Shown piece by piece: positions 41,330-54,200 of a stretch of 62,846 nt of DNA. The translations under genes were made by a program, and so were the position numbers. Source of the DNA: Gracilinanus agilis. Lineage: Eukaryota. Every line of letters starts with the position of its first letter. The stretch's first letter is position 1. The stretch covers positions 195,801,243-195,864,088 of the forward strand of contig NC_058133.1 in NCBI RefSeq assembly GCF_016433145.1, written 5' to 3'. The notes under the pieces were generated by a model. That model saw only the letters and a list, made by a program, of their open reading frames with translations, made no database searches and was not told the DNA's origin.

Positions 41330-42240
41330 GCCTCGGGACTGGGATGGAGAGAACGTCTGAGGTCACTAGGACTCAAACAACACTTCCAGCTGAGCCTTGT
41401 GGGAGCACCGGGCCGGAAGAGCCCAAGTCTGTGGCTCTCGGATGCAGCCTGCTGGCGGCATTTTGCAACCACAGCTAAAGCCCGGACTAGGTCGGCCCGC
41501 CCCTCCATCCGGCAGCACTCGTCCTGCGCATTTCCATTGGCTCTCCCTCCTCTTCTCCCGCCCCACTCAGTCTCAAGCCATTTAGATCCGGGCGAGGGGC
41601 GGGTCATGCGTCCAACGAGCCCTGATTGGTCGTTGGGAGGAGCCGACGTGGCTTATCGGGAGGGACACGTGGGCCTTACCGACCCCGGTAAACAACTAAC
41701 CCAGCGTAAAAACGGAGGAGGAGGCTTTCTTATAAGGACCGGAAGCGGAAGTGAAGAAACATGCAGGTCTGGGGGAAAAGGGTCTCGTGAGGGTGGAGGA
41801 CTAAGCCCCAAAAGACTTCAATTACCGGCCCACCCCCCCCAACCCCAGCCTGAACCCTACCCCACCCCACATTGCTAATCCTTCCTTTAGGCGTCTCCGC
41901 GGAAGTGGCCAATAGAACCATTAACTGACCCCCTAGAGCGCGAGCTCAGCCTCACTACTCCCCCTCCCCCTCCCTTACACTCTCGCGCGCGTACCCCACC
42001 CTTAGTGAGAAGGTTGCCGAGCAATCGAAAGAGCCTTGGAAAGGGGCGGGGCTTCCCGCCCCTCCCCGACTGGAGCGCCTCCTCTTCAGTCACGTGCTGC
42101 CCCTTCGTTGTTTCCTTCCAGGACCACCAGCACGTGCCCATTGACATCCAGACCAGTAAATTGCTTGGTACGAGGTGGTAGGGCCCGGCCGGGCTGGGCT
42201 TGGTGGGCTGGGGCCTGGGGTTGGGGCCGGTCTGGATAGA
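41330..42240 (+). promoter_or_regulatory. CDK5RAP3 CpG-island promoter
   Basis: CpG-rich. CCAAT boxes at about 41536, 41625 and 41908; tandem ETS/GABP-like CCGGAAGCGGAAGTG at 41739-41753, just before the ATG; GC boxes; E-box CACGTG at about 42090. Confidence 0.8.
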
Positions 42241-45200
42241 ATCCAAGCTGGGATGAAGTTGTGGGGAGAAAGACCATTCTTTAAGACCATCTCCCTAGAT
42301 TCCTATCACCAATTGCTCTGTTTTCTGGTGCATGGTAGCCATGGTTGTGGACAGAACCCTTAAGGCTGGATGTCCAATCTCATCTCAGCTACTCAGTGGC
42401 CATGGAGGGGGCAAGTCACATTGACTCCACAGCATCCTCTGTAAATAAGAAAGATGGTCTGGGTAGCCTAGAAGGTCACTTTTCATCTAGGGCAGGTTAT
42501 GATTCTTGGTATTATAGAAAGAAAGGTCATTTCAACCTCATTTTACAGCTGACTTAAGCAAGAGGGGCAAGTAATTTGCCCCAAGTGGCAGAGCCTGATC
42601 TGACTGAATCCAGAGACCAGCACTGTTTTCATTGTACTATGATACCTCTCTTGCTTTAGGGGAAGAGAGTGACTTTTGTGGTTTACTTTATCACTTGACT
42701 GAACTAGCTTTGTCTCTGGATTCAAAGGGTCTGATTTCAAATCTTGCCTCTGAAGCTTTCTATACGTGTGACCTCACTGAAGTTATTTAATCTCTTGGGT
42801 CATCAGTTTCCTCATTTGTAAAATGAGAGCCTTAGAGTAGATGGCACCTGAGATCCCCTAGCCATCCCTTCTCTGTTCCCTGTGTTGTTTTTTCGTAGTC
42901 TGGTCATGGGTGTTGTTGAGCTTATCTTGAATATAATGGATAGAAAGCCAAGAATCCTGAGTTGATTCTCTTGATGACTGAAGAAAACAAACCAAGTCCC
43001 TTTATAGTCAATATCAAAGACAGAACTTGAACCCAGGTCTTAATGACTTCAAGGCTGTACTCTATTCACTAAGCCTGGAAGCCCAGGATCACAGATAATA
43101 GGAGCTTAGAGCTAAAAATGACCTCTAGAGACCTAGTCCAACCCTAAGATCTAGTCAGTCTTACAGTTGAAGAAACAGCTCCAAAGAGAGATGACATGCC
43201 TAAGATCACATAAGTAGACCTTAAAGTAGGAAAACTACGCATCCTCTCTTAAAAATCAGTACTTGTTTGGCTGTGTAGCACTTCCTTCCTTATCAATGCC
43301 AACTTGAGCTCTTCCTATATCTTTGTATTAATTTTATTACCTTATAAAGATCATAATGAATAGGAAGACAAGTTCCCAAGGCCCATTTAGCCACTAGCTT
43401 TTCTATTAAAACTTCTTTGGGGGGGGGCCTTCTCCTTCTTCACCCTTCAGATAAATTTTTGCTTATTGGAAGGTAAATTGCAAATTTCTGAACTCTCTTG
43501 GGGATCTTTGTTTATTTATGTGGTTTGGGTAACCCCTGGGGGACTCTTACCTGAGTGTTTCTGGTACAGACTGGCTGGTGGACAGGAGGCATTGCAATCT
43601 GAAATGGCAGAGCTTGGTGTTAACTATCCGAGAGAAGATAAATGCAGCCATCCAGGACATGCCAGAAAGCCAGGAGATTGCACAGCTGCTCTCTGGATCT
43701 TGTGAGTGGATCAGGCACTTAGTTTCTTTTTGTTTCTGTTATCTTTTGTTTTTATATCACCTTAATTTCCCACTATATCTCCTCACAGAGCACCACCCTT
43801 AATTTAAAAAAAATTTTTTTAAATTGTATTTTTTCCCTTCCAGAAGTTTTCTGCCTTTCTCATCACCCCTCTTGCCAAGGTAGCAAGCAGTCTGATATAT
43901 GTTATTCTATATATGCCTTCATGCAATACATAGTTCCATATTCATCATGTTGAATTCACTTCTATTCTAACATCACATCAACAAAGTATCATATCCTAGT
44001 CCCCCACTTCTAGAAAGAAGGAATAGAGATGCATTTCCATCTCTTCTTTGGGCCATAGCATTCAGTTTTAATTTTTTGTTGTGGTTCTTTCTAGTTTACA
44101 TTGTTAGAGTCATTATGTACATTGTTTTCCTTTTTCTACTTTTTTTTGCATTGGGTCATATAAATCTTCCTATTCTCTAAATTCTTCCTTGTTATCATTT
44201 CTAACAGTTTTATTCTGTTGCATTTGTGTACCAAGAGATTGAGTAGTTTTCCTTCAACCTTTAGCCACAGGTGTAGGTGAGGAGTGGGCTTTATAAACAC
44301 TAATCAGCTTTCTTTCATGGCTTTCAGACATTCACTACTTCCATTGCCTGCAAATTGTGGACCTCCTCAAAGGCACTGAAGCCTCCACAAAAAATATTTT
44401 TGGCCGCTACTCTTCACAGAGAATGAAGGTGAATGTGGATTAGTGGGGTGGGGACATGCCAACCAATGAATCTGAGTTTAAGAGAGACATCATGGTATAC
44501 TGAAAAATGTCTTTGAATTGGAGTCAGGAAAGAGCTAAGTTTAAATGCAATTTCCTACACTATGTAACCATGAGCGAGTCACTGTATTTTTCTCAGCCAC
44601 AATTTCTTCATTTGTATAATACAGATACCTGTAGTACCTCCTTCATGAAGCTCTTTTTGAGGATGAGATAATGTATGTATGTATGTAAAGCATTTTGTAA
44701 ACTTTCACATACTGTATAAAGGCAGTTATTAAGATTCTCTCTGATGATTTGTGGGCCTAGAAGACTCTATCATCTCTAAGGTCCCTTCCAGCTTTAAATC
44801 TTATGATTCTTTGAAGAATTTTAAAAATGCATTTTAAATGATACTTTTTTTTAATGCCACTAGAATGTTCCCCAGTATCTTTCTCCCCTCCTTCCTAGAG
44901 AGCCATCCCATATAATAACAAAAAATATTTTTAAAGAAAAAAATCACCAAAACTGATCAGTACATCTAAAATGTCTGAAAATATGTGCAAGATACCACAC
45001 CCTTCATGTAAACATGTTAACTTTTCTAAAAAATAAATATTATTAAATGTTAAAAAAAAAAGATACCACACCCTTGGACCTTTCAGATTTTCAAATGAGT
45101 GAGGCAGGGGTAAGTGTTATCATATTTCTTTTTTGGAGCCGTGCTTATTCTTTTTTTTTTTTAATACATTAAAAAAAAATTTTTTTTAAACCCTTAACTT

Positions 45201-48200
45201 GTGTGTATTAGTTCCTTGGTGGAAGATTGGTAAGGGTAGGCAATGGGGGTCAAGTGACTTGCCCAGGGTCACACAGCTGGGAAGTGTCTGAGGCCGGATT
45301 TGAACCTAGGACCTCCTGTCTCTAGGCCTGGCTCTCACTCCACTGAGCTACCCAGCTGCCCCCACCCCCCGTGCTTATTCTTTATAATTTTGCAGATTTC
45401 ACTTCTGATTGTTTTGTGGTTCTGCCCATTCATATTATTGTGACCATTGTACATATCATTTTTTCTGTGCTTTTCTGTATTCATCATGCTCATTATTTCT
45501 TATAGCTCAGTAGTATCTCAATACATTTATGTATTATAATTCGTTTAGCCAGTCTCTGTCTTTGAACAGTAAGATGACCTCTTTTCAGATTTACATATAA
45601 ACATTTCCTGAAAATTATCTCTGCATAGTAAATGCCAATAGAGGCTTCCTTTTTCATTTTGTTTATATTTCAAACTTAGATTGTTTTGGGGATTACTTGC
45701 TTGGCTCCACACTTTAAACTGAGTACATTTAGCCATTGACAGCTAGATGGCTTAGTAGAGCACTGAGTCTGGTATCAGGAAGATCCGAGTTCAAATCCAT
45801 TCTCAGACACTACCTGGGCAAGTCACTTAATCTCTATTTGCCTCTGGAGAAGGAAATAGCACCACTTCATTATCTTTGCCAAGAAAAACCCCATAGACAG
45901 TGTCGGTATGATATGGTCTATGGCAGTGATAGGCAAATTTTTTAGAGGGGGCCAAAGGAAAGGAAATGCTCTTCTTTCAGTCTGTTTCTAAGGCAACTCT
46001 TTCGAAGTTTCATTGTATTGTATCCTACTCATTGTATTTGTCAGATTAGGAATAATGTCTCATAGCCAGATAGAATATTTCAGGGGGCCGCATCTGGCCC
46101 TCGGGCTGTAGTTTGCCCATCTATGGGGTCAGGAAGAGTTGGACCCAAATGAACCACAACAATTTAGCCATTGTTCTGAGTTAATAGAAATAGAATAGGC
46201 CTTTTAAGTGTCTGATTTAGGTACCAGCCTCCCTCTTGGAGCCTCCTGGAAGTTGAGTTGTGACACAGCTACTATTGCTTATCCTTACTCACTTTGCATT
46301 TCTCGTTTCAGGACTGGCAGGAGATCGTGTCCTTATATGAGAAAGATAGCACTTACCTTGGTAAGGTGACCCAACCTCAGGATGCAAATAGGAAAACAGA
46401 CTCTTAAATGTTCCCAAGAGCTTCCATGAAATTCAAGTTGGAAGCATGAGCAATGAGTATATATGGGAAGCAGAAGGGAACTTATAATAGTTTTCCTAAG
46501 TTTGACGTTTTGATAGATTTATATTGCTAGGGAAATGCTGTAGATATTGCTAAACTAGCTTTTAGTGAAATGTTTAATAGGGTCTTGTGTTATATTTTGT
46601 ATAAGATGAAAAATACTGACCAGGTAATAGTACAATTAGGAGATTTGACTAAACAAGAAATAAAATAGAATGTCACTGAGCTATAAGAAATAAATGAATA
46701 TGATGAATACAGAAAAGCATGGAAAGAAAATAATGACTACAGTGATGTAAATGGGAAGAACCGCAAAACTATCCAAAGCGAATTTTTCAAAATCACAAAG
46801 ATAAATGGGTGGACCCAAAGAATTGTTCCTTGTCAACCTGAAAGGAGGTTTCTAATGATTTATGCTCAGCCCTATGATATTTAACAATTTTTTCTCAACA
46901 CTTTTGATAAAGACAGATGGCACATTTATCAGATTTACAAATGGTCCATTGCTACAGACAGAAGCTAACACATAGATGGTAGTTAAGATCCAGTAAACTC
47001 TTGAGAATCTAGGATGTTGGACAGAACCTAATAAGAATTAATATAAAACCTTCACTTGGGTTCCAAAATCAACTGCCCAGGTGGGCATGGGATGAAGATG
47101 AGATAAAGCATGATTAGATGGTAGGCCTTGTCAGAAAGCGATAGGTGTGTTAGTGGACTCAACATGACAACAGTGTGGCACCCCCTAAAGCTCATCAGCC
47201 TTAGGCTTCATTACAAGAGGCAGAGGGTTTAGGACCTGAAAAGCTTTGGTGCTGCTCTCTGCCCTGGATCTTTGTTTTTTTTTTTGTATTTTTACAACTT
47301 TAAGTTTATTTAATTAATTAGTTTGGAATATTTTTCCATGGCATGTTCTTTCCCTCTCCTCCTCCCACCACCCCTCTCCCATAGCCAACGAGCAATTCCA
47401 CTGGGTTTTACATGTGTCATTGATCCAGACCTATTTTCATATTATTAACATTTGCACGAGGGTGATCATGTAGAGTCCACATCCCCAATCATATCCCCAT
47501 CAATCTATGTGATCAAGCAGTTGTTTTTCTTCTGTGTTTCTACTCCCATAGTTCTTTCTCTGGATGTGGATAGTGTTGTTTCTCATAAGTTCCTCTGGAT
47601 TGTCCTGGATCATTGCATTGCTGCTAGTAGAAAAGCTTATTACATTTGATTGTGCCACAGTGTATCAGTTTCTGTGTACAGTGTTCTCCTGGTTCTGCTC
47701 CTTTCACTCTGCATCAGTTCCTGGAGGTCATTCCAGTTCACATGGAATTCCTCCAGTTCACTATTCCTTTGAGCACAATAGTATTCCATCACCAACAGAT
47801 GTCACAATTTGTTCAGCCATTCCCCAATTGAAGGGCATCCCTTCATTTTCCAATTTTTTGCCACCACAAAGAGCACAGTTATAAATATTTTTGTACAAGT
47901 CTTTTTCCTTATGATCTCTTTGGGGTATAAACACAGCATTGGTATGGCAGTCTTTTCTTTTCTTTTCTTTTCTTTTTAATTTTAATTGTAATTTTGAATA
48001 TTTTCCCATAGTTACATGTTTCATGTTCTTTCCCTCTACCCTAAACCTCCCTCCCTCCCTAAGTAGTTGATGCACAATTCCACTGGGTTTTACATGTATC
48101 ATTGATTAAGACCTAATTCCATATTATTGATAGTTGGACTAGAGTTATCATTTAATGTCTACATCCCCAATAATATCTCCATCAGCCCATGTGTTCAAGC

Positions 48201-51200
48201 TGTTGTTTTTCTTCTATGTTTCTACTTCCACTCTTCTTCTGAATGTGGCTCATTTTCTTTCTCATAAGTCCCTCAGCCTTGCTCTGGATCCTTGCATTGC
48301 TGCTAGTAGAGAAGCCTGTTATGTTCGATTGTACCACAGTGTATTAGTCTCTGTGTACAATGTTCTCCTGGATCTGCACCTTTTGCTCTGCATCAATTCC
48401 TGGAGGTCATTCCAGTTCACATGGAATTCCTCCAGCTCATTTTTCCTTTGAGCACAATAGTATTCCATCACCAACAAATACCACAATTTGTTCAGCCATT
48501 CCCCAATCAAAGGACATTCCCGCATTTTCCAATTTTTTGCCACCACAAAGAGCGCAGCTATAAATATTTTTGTACAAGTCATTTACCTTATGATCTCTTT
48601 GGGGTATAAACCCAGCAGTGGTATGGCTGGGTCAAAAGGCAAATAGTCTTTTAAAGCCCTTTAAGCATAGTTCCAAATTGCTATCCAGAATGGTTGGATC
48701 AATTCACAACTCCACCAGCAATGCATTAATGTCCCAATTTTGCCACACCCAACATTCACCACTTTTCTGTCCTGTTAGCTAATCTTCTAGGTGTGAGGTG
48801 GTACCTCAGAGTTGTTTTGATTTGCATTTCTCTAATTATAAGAGATTTAGAACACTTTTTCATGTGTTTGTTGATGGTTTTGATTTCTTTATCTGAAAAT
48901 TGCCTATTCATGTCCCTTGCCCATTTATCAATTGGGGAATGGCTTGATTTTTTGTACAATTGATTTAGCTCCTTAAATATTTGAGTAATTAGACCTTTGT
49001 TCGAGTCTTTTGTTATAAAGATCCTTTCCCAATTTGTTGCTTCCCTTCTAATTTTGGTAGCATTGGTTTTGTTTGTACAAAAACTTTTTAAGTTAATGTA
49101 GTCAAAATTATTTATTTTACATTTTGTAATTTTTTCTAACTCTTGCTTGGTTTTAGAATCTTTCTTTTCCCAGAGGTCTGACAAGTATACTATTCTGTGC
49201 TCACCTAATTTACTTATCATTTCCTTCTTTATATTCAAGTCATTCACCCATTCTGAATTTATATTGGTGTAGGGTGTGAGATGTTGATCTAGACTCAATC
49301 TCTCCCATTTTGTTTTCCAATTTTCCCAGCAGTTTTTTTCAAATAGTGGGTTTTTGTCCCAAAAGCTGGGTTCTTTCGGTTTATCTTAGACTGTCTTGCT
49401 GAGGTCGCTTACCCCAAGTCTATTCCATTGATCCTCCCTTCTGTCTCTTAGCCAGTACCATGTTGTTTTGATGACTACTGCTTTATAGTACAATTTAAGA
49501 TCTGGTACTGCTAGGTCACTTTCCTTCATATTTTTTTTCATTATTTCCCTTGATATTCTTGGTCTTTTGTTCTTCCAAATGAACTTTGTTATAATTTTTT
49601 CTAATTCAGTAAAAAAGTTTTTTGGTAGTTTGATAGGTATAGTACTAAATAAGGAAATTAATTTGAGTAGGATGATCATTTTTATTATGTTAGCTTATCC
49701 TACCCAGGAGCATTCAATGTTTTTCCAAATGTTTAGATCTAGTTTTAATTGTGTGGAAAGGGTTTCATAGTTGTGTTCATATAATTCCTGTGTTTGTCTT
49801 GGCAGATAGATTCCTCAATATTTTATATTGTCTAGGGTGATTTTAAATGGAATTTCTCTCTCTAACTCTCAGGCAGTCTTTTAAAGCCCTTTTGCCCTGG
49901 ATCTTTCTGTTCAGGTTTGGAGGACCACATTTTAGGGAGAATGTTGAGATGTGTGGAGGATGGCCAAAGGAGCATAACTGAGTTGGTGAAGGACCTCAAG
50001 ATCATTTTACATGAAAATTGATTGAAGACATTTGGGGTATTTAACCTGGAGAAGAACAAGTTTAGGGAATGCATGACAGTATTTGCAGGGCTGTTGTAGA
50101 AAAGTAGGATTTGATTTTTGTTCTGGCTGACTTATGATTATTAAGAGGAAGTTGTAGAAAGGCAAATTTTAAAGTAAAACGTTCTAATCATTAGATCATC
50201 TAAACATGGGGTGTGTTGCTTTGAAGGCTAAATGGCCATTTAGTGGATGTTTTAGAGTAGTTCTCATTCAGGTAAATAGAGTAGCCAGACTCAGAGATTC
50301 AGTTTCTATTAACCTGATTATTTATTTTAAAAGGATCTCAGTAGTGGAGGGGGAGCTTATGCTCAGGAAATGCCACTGTCCATAGAACTTGTGTGTGTGT
50401 GTGTGTACGTGTGTGTGTGTACGTGTACATATACATACATGCCTTCACCCACCGGCTGCTAAGCTGCATCTCTGGAATACAGTATGGGCAGTTTCCTCCT
50501 TCTCTATTCTGTTCCCTTAGAATGCCTAGAGGTAGTCTACTCCATTGTGAATCCTGGAGGAAATTTGCCTTATAGTTTGAGTTCTGAACAAGTATTTTTG
50601 CCTCCTTCCCTTTGCTCCAGTGGAGATCTCTAGCCTCCTAGTTCGGAATGTTAGCTATGAGATACCCTCCTTGAAGAAGCAGATCGCCAAGTGTCAGCAA
50701 TTGCAGCAGGAATATAGCCACAAGGAGGAAGAGTGCCAGCTGGGAGCTGTGGAGATGAAGGAGCGCTTCTATAACTCCTGCAAGCAGTATGGCATCACTG
50801 TGAGTGAGATGCAGGCGCAATTCCTGGGTCACAGAGATGCTTGCTTGGGGCCTTCTATCTCACTCTGGAGCCAGAGTTGTAGGAGAACATTGGATGACAT
50901 AGTGTTCCAACTTGTCTAGCTCCAGGGTGTTTTTTTTGTTTTGTTTTGTTTTGTTTTTTAAGATTTCCTCTCTAGTCCTCTTCGCATGCTGTTTTTGACC
51001 CATCTCACTAGACTCCAGGGTTCCCATTAAGCTTTAGCTTCCCACTGCTTCCATATTAGCTCATCTCCCCTACTCTCTCTCCAGGGGCACAGTGTCCGAA
51101 GGGAGTTGCTGGCACTGGTGAAGGAGTTGCCGAGTTTGTTGACTGAAACTGGGGCCAAGGTTGAGTCCCTGTGGGAAGCTATTGAGCTCTACCAGGCCTG

Positions 51201-54200
51201 TGTGGGGTTTGTGTGTGAAAGGTAAATAAAGGGCCCTTTTTCCTTTATTCAGCATATTTCAACAAATGCTTACTAAGTGCTTACTGTTTATAGAGTTCTG
51301 TGTATCTCTGAGAAAAAGATATAAACTTTAGATACGCAAGTTAGATAAGGTATAGTGATGGCTCTCATGAATCTAATAGCCAGTAGTGAATATCACATAT
51401 ATATGACCATATTTGTGACTATGGTCAGATTAGAAAACTGTGGTATAGATTAATATATGGAAAATATTGTGCGTGGTTTGGGTAGTTGAGGGGGGGAAAT
51501 GCTGTCGACTTTGGAAATCAGGAAAGACTTTTTGGAAGAGGTGGTATTTTGGTTGGATTTTAAAAGATGAATATAAATTTATCAAGGAGGAAGGAACGAG
51601 GGAAGGTTATTCAAGCACATAAGGAATGGTGTGAGCAAAGATGCAGAGGTTGGAAAGCCCAGGGCATAAGGGACCCATAGTGTGTAATCCAATTTGGCTA
51701 AAATGTGTAGTACATAAAGGGAAATGGTGTGAGGACCGGGAGGGAGCAGTTGTTCATTCTCCCTGGCTATTGTTTCTTCTTTTCAGCCTACTTTTTAACC
51801 AAAGCTGGGTTTTTCCGTTTCTCACTACCCAAATTTAGCAAAGAAAACAGCCACTATATAGGCCTCTCCCCTAAGAAGAGGCAGTTCCATAGGTAGTGTA
51901 GCTCAGGTGATAATGCCATAACTGACCAGTGGGAAGATAATGATTTATGTGTTGAAGCCCCACTGAGCAGGTGGTTCCCATGCTGAGACACGTGCAGAAG
52001 CGGGGAAACACAACTGTGTATGAATGGAGGACAGGGACAGAGCCTACAGAGGTGGAGCGGCCCAGTTTGGAGGAGCCCCCAGAGCAGGTGGCGGATGATG
52101 CGGTAAGCTTTGGCTTTTGTGTGGAGGCTCCCACCCCACACGGAGTCCATTACTTCTGCCTCTACCAGTAGCCAGAGCCACACAACCTGTTTTCAGTTCC
52201 CTGGAGGAACATGGGGAGGGTCTGAGACTTTAGAAGTACAGATCAGAGAGGTCTGGCTCTTGAGCCCCTATACCAAAGGGGTGGCAGCCTAGGAAAGACT
52301 CTCATCTGGGGAATTATCTTTGGACCAGCCACCCTGCTTGTACTGTATCATCTGTCCCCTATATGTAGAAGTCACAACATCACAATTGTACCTTGTGTTA
52401 GGTCTCAGCAGAAACCCAGCGAAAGGAATGGAGCAGGTAGAACAGTAGATAAGACAGCCTGGTCTGGAATCAGGAAGACCTGGGTTCACATCTGGCCTCA
52501 GATACTTCCTAGCAGAATGACCCTGGGCAAGTCACTTAATCCCAATTGCCTAACCCTGACAACTCTTCTGTCTTAAGACTAGTCAATACTTAGGAAGGGA
52601 AGGATTTAAAAGGAAACAAAAAAAAGGAACAAGACAACAGACCTAGCTCATTTCTTTGCATTTCCATTCCTGTTTTCCAGATTGACTGGGGCAACTTTGG
52701 GATAGAGTCAACTTCAGAGGGGATTAAGTATGGCATCTCTGCTGAGACAGATGAAATTGACTGGGGAATCTCACTGGAGCCCGATTCAAAGGTTAGGTTT
52801 CAGTGCTTGAGAAATCACCTTTTCGTGGCCATATCGGTGACAACTACTTAGATCATAAGAAAAGACACCTGTGTTCCAGACTGTCCCACTGGATACATCC
52901 TTCGCTTCAGGAAATTTTCTATCCAGGATGCAGCAACTTTTGATACTCTCTCTTCTAAACTTTCTACTTCTGTTGTTGGGGAATCTGGGCATATAGTGTA
53001 AGTTGGAATACACAGACCTGGGAGGGGCAAATGGTTCCACCTCAGGGTTGGGATGCTGGAACAAGGGAGAAGAGACCTTTCCTAATGCTGTTAAGACACC
53101 ACTCATTGATTTTTGACACTTAAATTATTCAGAACAAACAACTCCTTCCCCTTCCCCTTCTCCTACTCCTAGAAAAATTTGAAGGGCTGGAGAGAGGATC
53201 AGTGGGTAACTTGTGAAAACCTGAGAGGAGTGGTAGGGGAAGTCCACAGGTGGTGGTGGTAGTGGCTCCAGGTGCCAACTTTGCTAACATGCCCTAGGTT
53301 GTCGAGTCCTGCCATTGTCCAAGTCTGTATTATTGAACTTTTCAAGATAATTAAAACCATGTATTTGGGCCATCCTCATTCTTTTCTTTTTTTTCTTTTT
53401 TTTTTTTTTAAACCCTTGTACTTCGGTGCATTGTCTCATAGGTGGAAGAGTGGCAAGGGTGGGCAATGGGGGTCAAGTGACTTGCCCAGGGTCACACAGC
53501 TGGGAAGTGGCTGAGGCCAGGTTTGAACCCAGGACCTCCTGTCTCTAGGCCTGATTCTCACTCCACTGAGCTACCCAGCTGCCCCTCTTTTCTTTCTTTC
53601 TTTTTTTTTCTTTCTGGTCTATAAAGCCTTTATTCTGTAGGACAGTTTTCCTGACCCTGCATCTTAATGGGATTTTTTGGTTTCTTTCCAGGAAGCTGGT
53701 AATGAAGGAATAAATTGGGGAGATGGAGATGCTGATCCCTTGCAGATAACAGTGGTAGAAGCAGGAACTGAGGGTATGTTCCTCATCCCTTGCTGTCCAG
53801 TTTAAAAGCAGTGAACTTGCAGACTTCTCTGGGGTCAAGATCTGAGGACACAAAGATGCTGCAGTGACTGAAAGTTTCTACTCCTTTGGCTTTATTTTTA
53901 CATTCTTCTTGTGGGAAGAGGGGTTGATTGTGATACAGGGCTTGAAATAAAGCTTAGACACACTTGGCTTTCTCTTTCCCAAGGTCCCTTTGAGACCCAA
54001 GTGTCCATGTGGCCTCCTGAAAGCTGGTCTTGCCAAGTAGTGCCAGGAGTCACTGGGCTCTGAAGTCAGTTCCTGGGAATCATGTGGGGTGAGAGCTAGG
54101 GGGAAAAGTAATGTAGTAACAAGAATCTACCGCCAGAGGACACTGTGGTATGAAACTTGGTCATGCTTCAGAACTGGTGTGAGCCTGGACCTTTTGTTGC

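Noticed and set aside
47452-49770. ORFs in CDK5RAP3 intron 5 as host genes
   Set aside because: They are fragmented L1 ORF2 relics or their antisense frames.
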